Notes under the pieces: model-generated
Told to the model about the DNA's origin: nothing
The model's input: the letters and a program-made list of their open reading frames with translations, nothing else
Database searches by the model: none
Assembly: GCA_049322255.1 (NCBI GenBank)
Contig: JBMORE010000013.1
Location: forward strand, 1-36,513
DNA from: Myxococcota bacterium
GTDB lineage: Bacteria > Myxococcota > Myxococcia > Myxococcales > Myxococcaceae
DNA: 36,513 nucleotides
Direction of reading: 5' to 3'
In this document: positions 35,134-36,513 of the stretch, in pieces
Layout: the number at the start of each line of letters is the position of its first letter
How positions within the stretch are numbered: position 1 is the stretch's first letter
Translations under genes and position numbers: made by a program

Positions 35134-35392
35134 TCAAATCTCGAAGATTTGAACACTCATTTCGCGCGCCGCGAGCTTCTCGAGGTCGTCCGCGTCGTGG
35201 GTGGCGACGATGGTGTCGCCGAGCGCCGCCGCGGCACATTTCGGCGAGTACTGGAGCAGGCACCCGAATGGGCGCACCGATGTCTCGAGCGACCTGGAGC
35301 ACGGCCCGCGCGCGGAGCGCTTGCGATTCGCGACGCTGCGCACTGGCGAGAGCGCTGAGCGCTTCGGAATCGAGGATTAGGACCTGCGCCAT
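35134..35392 (-). pseudogene. PIN-domain toxin pseudogene (internal deletion plus frameshift)
   Basis: N-part MAQVLILDSEALS...VPAPVLAEMCRG and C-part AAALGDTIVATHDADDLEKL lie in different frames; only 259 nt in total. Confidence 0.75.
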
Positions 35393-35603
35393 GACCGTCG
35401 CGCTTCCTTCAGGACTTCCTCGGGAACAGGACCGTGCTTGCGTCAAGCTCCGCGAGGAGCTCGGTCAGCCGTTCGCGCTCAAGCGCCTGCTGAACGGCCT
35501 GGGCGATGAACTTCGAAACACCGCGGCTGCCGACCCGCTTTCGAAGAAGCCGCCCTATCGCACGAGGCACGCTGATAGAGAGCTTCTCGACGCCGCTTCG
35601 CAT
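35377..35603 (-). pseudogene. RHH/CopG-type antitoxin, probably frameshifted near 35440
   Basis: VEKLSISVP...VGSRGVSKFIAQAVQQALERERL; the shifted frame continues KHGPVPEEVLKEARRSW and overlaps the toxin start. Confidence 0.7.
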
Positions 35604-35631
35604 GGCAAAATGCTACTGGGCTGAAGGGCTG

Positions 35632-36513
35632 GTGAGGAGGATTCAGGTCAACACCGCGTCGAATTTCACTGGCTTCAGTATGTGGGGGTCGGGAATCGTG
35701 CCCATCACCACCGCGTCAGGAACGCGCACGGCGAGCATTTCCTACGGAGGCGCAGCCCTCGCCACGGGCACCAACTACTACTGGCGCATCCGCTTCTGGG
35801 ACTCCAACGGCTTCATGGGCCCCTGGAGCAGCTCCTGCCTGCTTCGCATCAACCGAGCGCCGACGACGCCCTCCAACGTTGATCCGCTGGGGCCGTACGT
35901 CTCCACCCTGACGCCGCTTCTCACCGGCTCGACCTACAATGACTTGGAGAACAACCCCCAAGCCGCGGCGCAGTTCCAGCTGCGCCTTGCGGGCGACACC
36001 TACGCCAACGGCATCAATTCGGGGCTTTTGGGGGGGGCGACGACGAGCTGGTTGGTGGCGCCCGCGCTGACGGAAGGTACCCAATACTTCTGGCAGGTGC
36101 GCTACCAGGACAGCGTAGGCGGCTGGTCCAATTTCTCCAACGAGACTTCCTTCACCGTCGACACGATTCCCCCCACGACGCCGGGCGCACCCTTCGTCGT
36201 CTCTCCTAACCCCACCAACGGCGTCGTCACCCTCTCTTGGAACCCGCCCTCCGCCGACAGCGTCAGCGGGATTGCGGGATACGAGTTGTACCGCTCCAAC
36301 GACGCTACCACTTGGACGGTGGTCAACCCCAACCCGGTCACCGGTTTGACGACGAGCGGCAGCATCAACTACGGCTACTCGCCGCCGGAAGGGAGCCACT
36401 ACTACCGGGTGCGGGGCAAGGACAACGCGGGCAACTTCTCTGCCTACTCGCCCTCTTCCGTCGAAGTCGTCGTGGACAAGACGGCGCCCTCCACCCCGGG
36501 CCAGCCGCGCGTG
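35632..36513 (+). CDS. Fibronectin type III repeat protein, partial (no stop in window, apparently 5'-truncated)
   Basis: Open frame missing from the ORF track: IQVNTASNF..MWGSG..TNYYWRIRFWD..PWS / TQYFWQVRYQD..WS / DTIPPTTPG..VTLSWNP..SGIAGYELYRS..YYRVRGKDNAGNFS. Confidence 0.8.
   Translation, partial: MRRIQVNTASNFTGFSMWGSGIVPITTASGTRTASISYGGAALATGTNYYWRIRFWDSNGFMGPWSSSCLLRINRAPTTPSNVDPLGPYVSTLTPLLTGSTYNDLENNPQAAAQFQLRLAGDTYANGINSGLLGGATTSWLVAPALTEGTQYFWQVRYQDSVGGWSNFSNETSFTVDTIPPTTPGAPFVVSPNPTNGVVTLSWNPPSADSVSGIAGYELYRSNDATTWTVVNPNPVTGLTTSGSINYGYSPPEGSHYYRVRGKDNAGNFSAYSPSSVEVVVDKTAPSTPGQPRV

Overview
High-GC window, most likely from a myxobacterium (Myxococcota). The taxonomic call is inferred from the PilZ pair, the TonB-fused receptor, the Cys-rich lipoprotein and gene style. 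One 100-N scaffold gap is present. Left part (1-10.2 kb): housekeeping and envelope genes, namely metK, two PilZ proteins, uppP, a Nudix CoA pyrophosphatase, a Phd/VapC toxin-antitoxin pair with its own promoter and operator, manC, PMM/PGM, a ROK kinase and a secreted M20 peptidase. Middle (10.2-18.5 kb): an ExbB-ExbD-TonB / TonB-dependent receptor / lipoprotein uptake cluster. 18.6-30.7 kb: an 8-gene MoxR AAA+ / ABC transporter / DUF58 / vWA operon. Its gene ends carry eight copies of a ~35-bp BoxC-like palindromic repeat, which is translated in several frames and supplies stop codons, start codons and ribosome-binding sites. Right part: a GT9 glycosyltransferase, then a plasticity zone. That zone holds an mgtA remnant, an intact lipoprotein protein-arginine deiminase (animal PAD-type) coupled to a secreted helical partner, a doubly pseudogenised TA module, and an N-terminally truncated FN3-repeat gene running off the window. 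All calls come from reading motifs by eye; no database searches were run.
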